From the NCBI GenBank assembly GCA_039933215.1, contig JBDTOO010000005.1:22990-86989 (forward strand): DNA of 64,000 nucleotides. The letters run 5' to 3'. The notes under the pieces were generated by a model. That model was not told the origin of the DNA. It did no database searches and saw nothing but the letters and a program-made list of their open reading frames with translations. The position numbers were made by a program, and so were the translations under genes. Shown in pieces: positions 26,094-35,617 of the stretch. How positions within the stretch are numbered: position 1 is the first letter of the stretch; each line of letters starts with the position of its first letter. The DNA is from Acidobacteriota bacterium (GTDB lineage Bacteria; Acidobacteriota; Thermoanaerobaculia; UBA5066; Gp7-AA6).

Positions 26094-28346
26094 CTACCCC
26101 TGGAACGCGTACGAGAACTTCAGGAAGAGCTGCCGCCCGACGGGGACGAGGTCGTATCGGCCGGGCGGAGCTCCGGATCCCGGAGCGGGCGCGAGCGCAC
26201 GCGTGTCCCCGTACCCGAGAAAGAAAACGGTCTGCCAGTTGAGCTTGTAGGCAAAGAGGGCGGAGCCGTCGAAGTCGCCCGTCTTCCGCCCGACCGGGCT
26301 CGTGGAGAGGGTCGGGTCCCGCGTCGTCGCGACGTACTGGGCGATCGCGCGGAAAAACGCACGCGCGGTGAAGGTGTACGTCGCCTTCAGGCGCGCGACG
26401 TCGGCGGTGAAGAGGCGTCCGCCCTCGACGTTCAGCCACCGGCGGTCGCCGATGAAAGAGAGCTCGAGATGGTCCGTCGGCCGCGTCGTGACGGAGACGG
26501 ACAGGTCTCCGCCGTGCCCGGTCCGGCCGTCCTCGAAATCGATCTCGCTTCCGAGGTTTCCGTTGAAGATGATGCGGGTCAGCCGGCGGGACGGGTCGAC
26601 CGAGATGGACCAGACGGCCTGCGTGCGCTCGAGGACCCTGTCCCCGGTGCGCACCGCGTCGACGTCGACGCCGAGAAACCCGGCGAGGTTGAAGGCCCCG
26701 TTGAAATCGACGGCCGGGGAGAAGCGGCGGGACACGAGCCGGCCCGCACGGTCGGCCACGTAGTCCGCTCCGAGCCGCGCGAAGAGCCTCCGGAAGACGC
26801 CCTCGGGATAGAAGGTATAGCCGGCCTGCCCCGTCACCTGACGGATCCCGACCTGCGGGACGTAGCCGTCGTCCGCGCGGAACCCGTCGGCGAAGTCGCG
26901 GTACCGGACCTGCCACGCGAGCGTTCGCGTCTGATGGCTCCAGGCGGCGTCGAGCGCCCCGCCCGACAACGAGCGCCCGTCCCACTCGGCCGCGAGCTGC
27001 GGTCGGTCGGGGGTCTGCGTCTGGCTGTAGAGAAACTGCGCCGTCAACTGGTCGCGGTCGCTCGGGCGCCACTGCAAGTCCGGACCGAGGACGCGGTTGT
27101 GGCCCCCGCCGGAGACCTCGCGGTCGGTGGCGAGGAGCCCGGCGAAAGAGGGTCCGAAGTCGTGCCGCACGCGGGCGATCGCGGCAATCGAGCGGAAGTC
27201 CTGCGGAGCGGCGCCGGACGACTCCGCGCCCGGGAGGATGACGAGGCCTCCGCCCCGGTCTTCGCTCACGAGGAAGGTGTATGCGGAATCGCCATCCTTT
27301 CCCGTGAGGCGCCCGCCCCAGCGCGGCGACGTGATGGTACGGGTATACACGGCCTGGATGGGGGACTGCAGCAGGTCGACGCCTTCGAGAAAAAAGGGCC
27401 GCTTCTCCGGGTAGAAGAGCGCGAAGCGCTGGTTGACGGAGATCTGCGCGACGTCCGACTCGATCTGCGAGAAGTCGGGGTTGATCGTCGCGTCGATGAC
27501 CTTGTCCGGGTCCGGAGTCCATTTGACGTCTCCGCCCGCGTTGCCCCGCGGAGCCGGATAGGAGAAGTCCGAGCGGGGATCGGACCTGTCCTCCGGGCGT
27601 CCGTCGGCCTTTCCCGTCACGTAGGGCGCGGCGACGAAGTGGCCCGCGGAGGGAAGGCCCGAGAGGCCGGTGATCGTCCGCATGTGACAGATCAGGCAAT
27701 TGGATCCCCGGGGAATCGGGCTCGAGTGGAACGCATAGCGAAACTCGCGGGGGTAGTTGCGCCAGAAGAGGATCCCCCAGGACTGCGGGTCCTGCCTTCC
27801 GTAGCGCAGCGACGAGAACGGAATGCGGATCTCCGCCGTCCACCCTTGCGGCGTGACGCTGGCGGCCGAGTCGTAGAAGAAGTCCGGCGAGAAATCCTCC
27901 GTCTGGTTCGCTTCGTTCCAAACGGCGTCGCCCTGAATCCCCCGGGGGTTCACGCGGAACTCCACGGCCGACCGGCGGTCGTTGCGCGGATCGAGGAAGA
28001 CCGCCACGTTGTCGTCGGTCCCGAGGACCTGGTCCCGGTCGACGTACGGCGCCCGGATCTGAGGGGGCCGCGGGTCGTCGCATCGGATCCCGATGTACAG
28101 GGACTTCTCGTCGTATGCGAGGAGGACCGAAGTGCGGAACCGGGCGGGGAGGTTGTCGCCCGGCTGCGTCTCCCAGAAATCCTCCATGCTGGCGGCGCCC
28201 TGCCAGCCGGGATCGGACAGGCTGCCGTCGACGTGGATCGGTCCGGCAGTTCGGGAGATCGCGAGCGGCGGCGGGATCTCGGGAGTCTGAGACAGGAGCG
28301 GTGCGGAAGAGGCAAAGACGGCGAGCACGATCCCGACGCGGCGCAT
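26094..28346 (-). CDS. DUF5916 family protein with N-terminal CBM9-like carbohydrate-binding domain, secreted
   Basis: Start at MRRVGIVLAVFASSAPLLSQ (signal peptide). IHVDGSLSDPGWQGAA...LYIGIRCDDP matches the CBM9/DUF5916 pattern. About 750 aa. Confidence 0.7.
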   Translation of the reverse strand: MRRVGIVLAVFASSAPLLSQTPEIPPPLAISRTAGPIHVDGSLSDPGWQGAASMEDFWETQPGDNLPARFRTSVLLAYDEKSLYIGIRCDDPRPPQIRAPYVDRDQVLGTDDNVAVFLDPRNDRRSAVEFRVNPRGIQGDAVWNEANQTEDFSPDFFYDSAASVTPQGWTAEIRIPFSSLRYGRQDPQSWGILFWRNYPREFRYAFHSSPIPRGSNCLICHMRTITGLSGLPSAGHFVAAPYVTGKADGRPEDRSDPRSDFSYPAPRGNAGGDVKWTPDPDKVIDATINPDFSQIESDVAQISVNQRFALFYPEKRPFFLEGVDLLQSPIQAVYTRTITSPRWGGRLTGKDGDSAYTFLVSEDRGGGLVILPGAESSGAAPQDFRSIAAIARVRHDFGPSFAGLLATDREVSGGGHNRVLGPDLQWRPSDRDQLTAQFLYSQTQTPDRPQLAAEWDGRSLSGGALDAAWSHQTRTLAWQVRYRDFADGFRADDGYVPQVGIRQVTGQAGYTFYPEGVFRRLFARLGADYVADRAGRLVSRRFSPAVDFNGAFNLAGFLGVDVDAVRTGDRVLERTQAVWSISVDPSRRLTRIIFNGNLGSEIDFEDGRTGHGGDLSVSVTTRPTDHLELSFIGDRRWLNVEGGRLFTADVARLKATYTFTARAFFRAIAQYVATTRDPTLSTSPVGRKTGDFDGSALFAYKLNWQTVFFLGYGDTRALAPAPGSGAPPGRYDLVPVGRQLFLKFSYAFQG

Positions 28347-28426
28347 CGTCTCTTGTACGCGGTTCCGGCCTTCAAGGTTCGCCGGAGTGGCAGGATTCGT
28401 GAACACTCCGCGAGCGGGGGCGACGC

Positions 28427-29215
28427 ATGCCGGTATCCACCGAGGAAAAGCGAAAGCAGAAGTGGCCGGATTTCCTCTGGATCCTCCGGCACGCCGAGAG
28501 CGCCGGCAATCTGGCGCGCGACCGGGCGGAGAGCGCGGGGGAGCCGCGGATCGTGACGGGCTCGCGCGACGTGGACGTCCCGCTCTCTCCGCTCGGGGAG
28601 CGGCAGGCCGGCGCGGTCGGCCGGTGGTTCGGAGCTCTGCCTGCGGACGAGAGGCCGACCGCGATTCTCTCCTCTCCCTACGTCCGGGCTCTCGAGACGT
28701 CGAGGCGGCTGATCGAATCGTCGGGATGGACGGACCTGGTCGCGGTTCCCGACGAGCGTCTCCGCGAACGGGAGTTCGGGATCCTGGACGGGTTCACCCG
28801 CGCCGGGATCGAGGCGAGCTTTCCGGAGGAGGCGCTGCGGCGCGGTCCGCTCGGCAAGTTCTACTACCGGCCGCCGGGCGGGGAGAGCTGGTGCGACGTG
28901 ATCCTCCGGCTTCGGAGCGTGATCGGCACGCTGACCCGGGAGTACCGGGGCGAGCGCGTCATGATCGTCTGTCACACGGTCGTCGTGCTGTGCCTCCGGT
29001 ATCTCCTGGAGCGGCTCACGGAGGAGCGGCTTCTGGAGATCGACCGGACGCAGGAAGTGGCCAACGCCTCGATCACCTCCTATGCGTTCGATCCCGCGGC
29101 CGGGGACAAAGGGCGCCTCGTCCTGAAGCTCTTCAACTTCGTCGCTCCGATCGAGGGCGAGGGCGCGGCGGTCACCGCCGAGCCCCACGCGTCGCTCGAA
29201 GCCGCGCAGAAGTAG
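28427..29215 (+). CDS. Histidine phosphatase family protein (phosphoglycerate-mutase-like)
   Basis: LRHAESAGN is the RHG catalytic motif; ...SSPYVRALETS is also family-typical. Confidence 0.8.
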   Translation: MPVSTEEKRKQKWPDFLWILRHAESAGNLARDRAESAGEPRIVTGSRDVDVPLSPLGERQAGAVGRWFGALPADERPTAILSSPYVRALETSRRLIESSGWTDLVAVPDERLREREFGILDGFTRAGIEASFPEEALRRGPLGKFYYRPPGGESWCDVILRLRSVIGTLTREYRGERVMIVCHTVVVLCLRYLLERLTEERLLEIDRTQEVANASITSYAFDPAAGDKGRLVLKLFNFVAPIEGEGAAVTAEPHASLEAAQK

Positions 29216-29286
29216 CGCCGAGGGAGCGAACGCGTCCGACCGTAAACGAATCGCCGGGCCGGGCGTCTCTCTTTCAGGAGGTAGCC

Positions 29287-29616
29287 ATGCGATTCGAAAA
29301 ACAGATGGGTGTCATGGTAGCGGCCGGCGCGGTGTCTGCGTTCCTCTTCCTGAGCTCACCGGCGGAAGCGGCCGGGCGGATCCGGAAGAGGGCCGAGAAC
29401 CAGCAGGACCGCATCGCGCAGGGCGTGAAGTCCGGGGAGCTGACGGCACGCGAGACGTCGAGGATCGAGAGACGGGAGGCCCGCTTGAACCGTGAAGTGC
29501 GGCACATGCGGAAGGATGGAGAACTCTCTCCGCGGGAGCGCCGGAGGATCGAGCGCCAGCAGGACGCCCTGTCGCGGGGCATCTACCGGCAGAAGCACGA
29601 CCGCCAGGATCAGTAG
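29287..29616 (+). CDS. Small secreted protein with internal tandem ~21-aa repeat (GELtxREtsRIERrxA)
   Basis: AGGAGG 5 nt upstream. Signal peptide. Repeats GELTARETSRIERREARLNRE and GELSPRERRRIERQQDALSRG. Confidence 0.55.
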   Translation: MRFEKQMGVMVAAGAVSAFLFLSSPAEAAGRIRKRAENQQDRIAQGVKSGELTARETSRIERREARLNREVRHMRKDGELSPRERRRIERQQDALSRGIYRQKHDRQDQ

Positions 29617-29617
29617 A

Positions 29618-29716
29618 CCGTCGCCTGCACTTCGCTCCGGCTCCCGCAGCGTGAGGCTCCTCCCTCCCTCCCTTCGGTCGGGAGACTCCTCACGCTGCGA
29701 GCCGTCATCGAGGGTC
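29618..29716 (+). repeat. Intergenic hairpin repeat family 2 copy
   Basis: CTCCGGCTCCCGCAGCGTGAGGCTCCTCC...GGGAGACTCCTCACGCTGCGAGC, immediately after the stop at 29616. Confidence 0.8.
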
Positions 29717-29814
29717 TCGCGAATCGATGTTCTCAGGGTTCACGAGCGACGGGATCCCCCTCACCCTGACCCTCTCCCCCGGTGCGCGGGGGAGAGGGAA
29801 TGGCTTTCAAAACG

Positions 29815-29985
29815 GGCTCTGAGCGGTCGAGGCTAAGCCGAGCCGCGGCTCCTGGCTGAGACGGCCTCGACAAGCGGCACAACCCCAGAAGTGCCCTGGT
29901 CGCATCGCGAATAGTCTCCGCGCGATTCCGCGCGGAGGAGGTTCGCGATGCGGTCGGCCGACGGTCGCGCCAGCGACCCAAAGGC
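29815..29985 (-). repeat. Intergenic repeat family 1, copy B (inverted relative to copy A)
   Basis: Reverse complement aligns to 15370-15545 over about 165 bp with few mismatches. Confidence 0.8.
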
Positions 29986-29993
29986 CGACGGTA

Positions 29994-31472
29994 TTAGCGC
30001 CCCTTCCTCCCGCAGGCGGACTTGAACCCGAGCTCGCACGCCTTGCGGTAGAGCTCGGCCGCCCTCTTGCGGTCCCGTGCGACGCCTTTGCCTTTTTCGG
30101 AGGCGACACCCAGGTCGAAACAGCCCTCGCCGTCGCCGGCCTGGCACGCCTTCTCGAGAAAGGCCGCCGCCCTGGAAGGGTCGGCCGGCACGCCCGATCC
30201 CGCCGAGTAGACCGCCGCGGCGTTGAAGCAGCCGAATGCGTCGCCCTGCTCGCAGCCGGTCTCCGAGAGCTCCCGGCCTTTCGCGTAGTCCGTCTCGACG
30301 CCGTCGCCGGCGAGGTAGAGCCCTCCGAGCAGCGAGCAGCCGCGCGAACGGTTCTCGGCGGAGCCGGGATCGTCGGGGTCCGGCTTCCGGTCGCAGGCTT
30401 CGCGGAAGACTTCCGCCGCCTTCGCGGCGTCCTTCTCGACGCCGATTCCGTCGCGCCGGGCGCGGCCCGCGTTCAGACAACCGCCGAGGTTCGATGCCTG
30501 GCAGCTCGTCGCGCGGCATCCGCGCTCGTAGAGGGCGAAGGCGCGGGAGGCATTCTTCTCGACGCCGTTTCCGTGCTCGTAGTGGAAACCGAGGTTCGTG
30601 CAGGCCGTCGAGCTGCCGAGCTCGCACGCCTCGCGATACCGGGCGACGGCACGGGCGGTATCGCGAGGAACGCCCCGCCCGTCGTCCGACATCAGGCCCG
30701 CGTTGTAGCAACCGTGCGCATCGCCGAGGTCGCAGGCGCGGACATAGAGGGGCGTCGCGCGATGGTCGTCGCGGCGGACGATCTTTCCGGTGGCGTAGAG
30801 GAACGCGAGACTCGTGCAACCGCTCCCGCTTCCGAGGTCGCACGACTTCTGCAGCACGGGAACGGCGTCGCTCGCGAGGTCGGGTCGGTCCAGCAGATTG
30901 CGCCCCTCGTGAGAGCAGGCCCCCGCGGACCCGGCCCGGCAGGCGGCCTGGTAGATGTCGGCGGCTCTCTCCCGGTCGCCGCCGCGGTTGCGGGCCCAGA
31001 GAGTGAACGCGTGCCGGAAGCAGGCGGTCGGGCTTCCGTCGCGGCAGCCCTTTTCGTGGAACGTCTCCGCCTCGACGGGCACGACGACGGCGCTGACCGA
31101 CGCGCCGCCCCGCCGGACGACGACGGTCACCGGCTCGCAGGTGCGCACGTGGGCCGCCTGATCGAAGTCGCAGTCGCTCCTGATGGCCGCCGGGCCGATC
31201 TCGGAGACGACGTCGCCAAGCCGGATTCCCGCGGCGGCGGCTGGCCCGCCCGGCAGGACCTCGACGACGACGGCACCGGCGGCATCGTCCGGCAGCGCGA
31301 GCTTCTTCCGGACGGAGCGGGAGAGCGGCGCCGCTTCGAGCCCGAGCGTTCCCGACTCGCAGGAGGGCCGCTCGGGAGCGGCTTTCGGAGCCGTCCCGGA
31401 CGAGGCGCAGCCGGCGGCGGCCGCCGCGCCAATGCAGGCCAGCGTTCGAAGCCCGACGAAGAGGCGTCTCAT
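29994..31472 (-). CDS. Lipoprotein with PDZ domain and multiple Sel1-like repeats
   Basis: Lipobox-type signal (LACIGAAAAAGCAS). PDZ-like region GIRLGDVVSEIG. Repeated A..Y..AC..G...C.N.G.....G.GV..D units typical of Sel1 repeats. Confidence 0.75.
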   Translation of the reverse strand: MRRLFVGLRTLACIGAAAAAGCASSGTAPKAAPERPSCESGTLGLEAAPLSRSVRKKLALPDDAAGAVVVEVLPGGPAAAAGIRLGDVVSEIGPAAIRSDCDFDQAAHVRTCEPVTVVVRRGGASVSAVVVPVEAETFHEKGCRDGSPTACFRHAFTLWARNRGGDRERAADIYQAACRAGSAGACSHEGRNLLDRPDLASDAVPVLQKSCDLGSGSGCTSLAFLYATGKIVRRDDHRATPLYVRACDLGDAHGCYNAGLMSDDGRGVPRDTARAVARYREACELGSSTACTNLGFHYEHGNGVEKNASRAFALYERGCRATSCQASNLGGCLNAGRARRDGIGVEKDAAKAAEVFREACDRKPDPDDPGSAENRSRGCSLLGGLYLAGDGVETDYAKGRELSETGCEQGDAFGCFNAAAVYSAGSGVPADPSRAAAFLEKACQAGDGEGCFDLGVASEKGKGVARDRKRAAELYRKACELGFKSACGRKGR

Positions 31473-31600
31473 GGGGAGTCCGGATTATCGCAGGGACCGC
31501 TCCGGGACGCGTCCCCTTCCTCCGCCCGTTGGCGATAATCTGTCAGACAACCTGCGGCGCCTCGGGCCGGGCGGCCGCATCAGCCGAAAGGAACGCCTCC

Positions 31601-32584
31601 ATGTCGAATGTTCGAGGTCTCGCCGCGGTCGCCTGTCTCGTCCTGTCGGTCGCCCCCGCTTGCAAGGCGAAGCCCGCCGCCAGCGGTGGGAACGGGACGA
31701 CCGGAACGCAACCCGCCTCGCCGCCGGCCGCGTCCGCCCCCTCTTCCGCCGCGGCGACAGCGGCGCCCGCCGTCCCTTACACGTACGCGGCACCCGTGAA
31801 AGGCCATTTCAAGGACGTCAACGTCGGAGACTTCGACCTCGTCGACGGCGTGGCGTATCCCGCGAGCGACGGATCGGGGACCGTGGTCTACGTCGTGAAC
31901 AAGCCGATCGCCTCGCCGGTCGTTTCCGCGGCCGCATGCCCGATGACGCACGCGCGGTCGCTCACCGTGCTCCGGGACGCGGGGTGGCTCGAGCTCACCC
32001 TCGACAAGGCGGGCCGTTCGAAGTACTTCGGGAAAGGGACGCCGTTCTCGGGCTCCGGCCGGGAGGACGAGACGGGCGGTAACCGGTACTGGTCGAGCTC
32101 CCTCAAGTCGGCGGGCGGCCGCGCGGCGGGCCAGGTGAAGCACAGGGACCACGGCGGCTTCGAGTTCGACCTCGTGCTCTCCGCGCCGAAGATCGCGGAG
32201 GTGAGCGAGGGTGACCGCTCGAAGGGAACGCAGGGCGACGCAAAGGCTTCCGTCCCCTCGGAGGCCGACGTCGTCGCCGCGTATCAGAAGGTCCGCGAAG
32301 CCGCGCTGCGCAAGGACCTCGCGGGAGTCCTCGCGGCCCAGGGATTCGACGAGAAGGAGATCACCGCGATCCGCGGCCTCGCGGGCATCGACGCCGATCT
32401 CGCGGTCTTCGCAGACCGATTTCTCCAGCCGGGAACGACGGGGGAGTTCCAGAACGGTCCCGGCATCGGCGGCGTGACGGGGGTCGGCGCCAACTCCAAG
32501 GGCGCGAAGTTCCTGAACTACTACTCGTTCGCCCCCTGCGGCGACCGGCTCGTGCTCATCAGCATCGGCGAGAACCCGCAGTAA
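31601..32584 (+). CDS. Hypothetical lipoprotein
   Basis: Signal and lipobox AAVACLVLSVAPAC. No recognisable family. Confidence 0.6.
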   Translation: MSNVRGLAAVACLVLSVAPACKAKPAASGGNGTTGTQPASPPAASAPSSAAATAAPAVPYTYAAPVKGHFKDVNVGDFDLVDGVAYPASDGSGTVVYVVNKPIASPVVSAAACPMTHARSLTVLRDAGWLELTLDKAGRSKYFGKGTPFSGSGREDETGGNRYWSSSLKSAGGRAAGQVKHRDHGGFEFDLVLSAPKIAEVSEGDRSKGTQGDAKASVPSEADVVAAYQKVREAALRKDLAGVLAAQGFDEKEITAIRGLAGIDADLAVFADRFLQPGTTGEFQNGPGIGGVTGVGANSKGAKFLNYYSFAPCGDRLVLISIGENPQ

Positions 32585-32587
32585 GAA

Positions 32588-32672
32588 CGTCGCCTGCGCT
32601 TCGCTCCGGCTCCCGCGACGTGAGGCTCCTCCCTTCGCGACGCTCGGGAGACTCCTCACGTCGCGAGCGGAT
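32588..32672 (+). repeat. Intergenic hairpin repeat family 2 copy
   Basis: CGTCGCCTGCGCTTCGCTCCGGCTCCCGCGACGTGAGGCTCCTCC...GGGAGACTCCTCACGTCGCGAGC, immediately after the stop at 32584. Confidence 0.8.
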
Positions 32673-33019
32673 GGGAGTGATCGGCGGGAATGCTTCCTCG
32701 CCGCTCGGGGGAGAGGGTCGAAGTGAGGGGCTCTGTCGGATGCGACCCGCCGTTCCTCGCGCGCCGCATTCCCAGATGGCCCGATGGCCCGATGGCCCGA
32801 TGACCCGATCGCCGCCGATGGCCCGATTCCCCAGATCCTTCCCCCGGTGCGAGAAATGGTCACCTCCAGCCTTCATGGACGGACGGAATTCGCCACAGTG
32901 CCGCTCTCCTTCGCCTCCAACACGAGCATCCGCAATGGGATCGGCGTCCGCGTGTTCTGGCGCTCCGATTGCGTAGGAAGGATTTCAAATACAAAGGAAG
33001 CCAACCCGGTCATACGGTC

Positions 33020-34351
33020 ATGGTCTCTCCCATCTCGCTCCCGCTGCTTCGCCGATCCGGCAGCCTCTCGCTGACACTGATCGCCCTGTTCGCTCTGCGG
33101 TGCGCGTCCGCCCCCGCTCCCGAGGTTGAGAGCGCCGCCGTCCGATTCGTCGAGCAACGCGACCCGGTTCCCGCGGACGCGGAGAAGTCGGGCCCCGTCG
33201 AGTTCCGCAAGCTCCTCCTGAAGATGCCGCGGGACCACGTCGTGGGCTCCGTCCAGAAGGGCCACGCCTGCATCGGCCGGTCACCGCTCACCTGGAAGAG
33301 CGGCCCCGACTCCACCCCCGACGAGGATCTGGGGGACCTCCTCCTCGAGCAACTCTCGTCGGCGGGCTATCCCGTCGTACGGGATCGCAACACTCTCTTC
33401 GACGATCCGCACGCGCGGCGCGCCGAATACGTCATCGCGGGCGTGATCCGCGAGGTCAAGGCCAACGTCTGCTACCCCGATCCGAAGAGCGCCGCAACCG
33501 CGGCGGCCTCGCTGACGGTCGACTGGCAGATCTACTCGCACCGGACCAAGAGCGTGGAGCTCAAGGCGACGACGGAAGGCTCGATCGTTCTGAAGGCTCG
33601 GGAGGAGGCGGGGGCCCAGGCGATCACGGGCGCCTTCGTCTCGGCCGCCCGGAACCTCCTCGCCGAGGGAACCTTCCACGAGCTGGTCTCCGGAGGCGGA
33701 CATGACCGGCTCGCCCGGCCGGAGCGCGAGCCCATCCCGGTCGCATACGAGACGCTGCCCGCGCGGACGCTCGGCAACGTCGAGTCGATCGTGTCCGACT
33801 CACGCATGGGCGTCGTCACGGTGTTCGCCGGCGACTCCATGGGCTCGGGCTTCGTGATCTCCCGGGACGGCTTCGTTCTGACGAACCAGCACGTCATCGG
33901 GCAGTCGCGCGTCGTGCGGGTCCGCTTCGTCACCGGACGGGAGGCCAACGGTGAGGTCGTGCGCTCCGACCGGCTGCGCGACGTCGCCCTGATCAAGCTC
34001 GAGAGCGACATCTATCCATTCCTGCCTCTCGGAGAGTCGGACCGGATTCGTCCCGGCGCGGAAGTCTTCGCGATCGGCACGCCCCTCGCCGAGAACCTCG
34101 GCCAGACGGTGACGAAGGGAATCCTGAGCGGCTACGGCGAGGAGGACGGGCTCCGGATCCTCCGCAGCGACGTCGCCGTCCACCGCGGCAACAGCGGCGG
34201 CCCTCTTCTCGACCACGCCGGGATCGTCGTCGGACTCACCGTCAGCGGCTTCCTGATCATGCCCGAGGGCGTGGGCGTCGGACTCAACTCCTTCATCCCT
34301 ATCGAGGAAGCCCTGCACGCGCTCGTCATCCAGCGGCGCGAGGGGCGCTAA
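33020..34351 (+). CDS. Trypsin-like S1 family serine protease (HtrA-like protease domain, no PDZ), secreted
   Basis: Signal peptide. TNQHV (His), DVALIK (Asp) and GNSGGPLL (Ser) form the catalytic triad context. Confidence 0.8.
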   Translation: MVSPISLPLLRRSGSLSLTLIALFALRCASAPAPEVESAAVRFVEQRDPVPADAEKSGPVEFRKLLLKMPRDHVVGSVQKGHACIGRSPLTWKSGPDSTPDEDLGDLLLEQLSSAGYPVVRDRNTLFDDPHARRAEYVIAGVIREVKANVCYPDPKSAATAAASLTVDWQIYSHRTKSVELKATTEGSIVLKAREEAGAQAITGAFVSAARNLLAEGTFHELVSGGGHDRLARPEREPIPVAYETLPARTLGNVESIVSDSRMGVVTVFAGDSMGSGFVISRDGFVLTNQHVIGQSRVVRVRFVTGREANGEVVRSDRLRDVALIKLESDIYPFLPLGESDRIRPGAEVFAIGTPLAENLGQTVTKGILSGYGEEDGLRILRSDVAVHRGNSGGPLLDHAGIVVGLTVSGFLIMPEGVGVGLNSFIPIEEALHALVIQRREGR

Positions 34352-34383
34352 CACCCTCCCCCGTCCGAGGCGCACAATAGGTC

Positions 34384-35200
34384 GTGCGCTCGCCGCCCCA
34401 GGTCCTGGCCGGGTGGTTCGTCCGGTACATCAGCTGCCCGCGCGAGGAGTATCGCCGCTGGTTCTTCAACGACCCCGTCCGGCTGAAGAGCCGGATCCGT
34501 CCGGGAGACGTGGTTCTGGTCGACGGCGACCAGCGCGTGTCGCAGGCGATCAAGTACCTGACCATGTCGTCCTGGTCTCATAGCGGCATCTACATCGGGA
34601 GCGCGCTCTTGAAGGACCCCGTCCAGCGCGCCGAGGTCCGCCGCCGCTTCGGATCCGAATCGCGGTACCTGATCGTCGAAGCCCTTGTCGACGGCGGCGT
34701 GGTCGTTTCTCCGCTCGTCAAGTACATCGACTTCAACATCCGCGTCTGCCGTCCCGTCAAGCTCACCCGCGAGCAGATCGAGCCCGTGCTCGAGTACGCG
34801 ATCTCCAGGGTCGGATACACGTACGACCGGCGCAACGTCCGCGATCTCTTCCGCTACCTCCTTCCGTTCCAGCTCATCCCCACGCGCCTGCGCGAGGAAG
34901 CGCTCCAGTTCGGCAGCGGGGTAGATACGGAGACGATCTGCTCGTCGATGCTCGCGGAAGCGTTCGCGCGCGTCGGCTTCTCGATCATGCCCGTCGGCAT
35001 CCGGCGCCCTGCGGCGGAGCCCGGCCGGCTGCTGCGGTGGATCTTCCGACGGAAGAGCCGGCTTGCGCGAAGCGATCCCATGTCGACCCGGCACGCGACC
35101 CTTTGCGTCCCGAGGGACTTCGACCTCTCTCCCTTCTTCGACATCGTGAAATTCAACGAGCGGGAGCCGATCCGCTTCGACCACGTCCGGGAGGATGGAG
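34384..35200 (+). CDS. YiiX/YebB-like permuted papain-fold amidase (DUF830), 3' end undefined
   Basis: RIRPGDVVLVDGDQRVSQAIKYLTMSSWSHSGIYIG matches the YiiX family core. The frame has no stop until 38082 although a clear convergent gene occupies 35539-37509. The end coordinate is therefore an estimate; possible frameshift or pseudogene. Confidence 0.45.
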
Positions 35201-35221
35201 GGTTTCCGCGCGGAGGCTCGC

Positions 35222-35617
35222 ATGAAGAGGGGACCGATTCTTTCGGCCGCGGCGCTGCTCGCGGCTCTCGCGGCGATGTCCTGCGCTCCGGCTCCCGCGC
35301 CGAAGGTCTCTGGAGCGCAGGCGCCGCCGGACCGGGAGAGTGGGGCGGCGCGCGTCCGACAGGAGTTCCTCCATGCGTGGCGAGCCGACGAGAGCCGCGC
35401 CTGGGGCCACGACGAATGGAAGCCCTCGAGCGGCACGGTCCACGACCGAGGAAAGGGGAAAGAGGAAAGAGGAAAGAGGAAAGAGGGCAGGTTAGAGGTG
35501 CTCAGGCCGGCGCCCTCTCACATCTCTCCTCTCTCCCATCACTTCCCGACGAGCGGGAGCTCGATGAAGCTCGCGTGCGCGGGCGAGTGGTACACGCGCT
35601 GCACCGCCTTCCGGTAG
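35222..35617 (+). CDS. Possible small lipoprotein (low confidence; C-terminal third is antisense to CocE-like gene)
   Basis: GGAGG RBS before the ATG. MKRGPILSAAALLAALAAMSCAP is signal-like. Could instead be the shifted continuation of the YiiX-like gene. Confidence 0.25.
   Translation: MKRGPILSAAALLAALAAMSCAPAPAPKVSGAQAPPDRESGAARVRQEFLHAWRADESRAWGHDEWKPSSGTVHDRGKGKEERGKRKEGRLEVLRPAPSHISPLSHHFPTSGSSMKLACAGEWYTRCTAFR
35449..35537. repeat. Purine-rich heptamer microsatellite (GGAAAGA)n followed by partly complementary pyrimidine tract; possible bidirectional terminator
   Basis: GAGGAAAGGGGAAAGAGGAAAGAGGAAAGAGGAAAGAGGG ... CCCTCTCACATCTCTCCTCTCTCCC lies between convergent coding regions. Confidence 0.6.

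Noticed and set aside
25945-28556. ORFs 25945-28083 (-) and 26469-28556 (+) of about 700 aa each
   Set aside because: Alternative frames across the DUF5916 gene. No signal peptide or domain; composition typical of out-of-frame high-GC translation.
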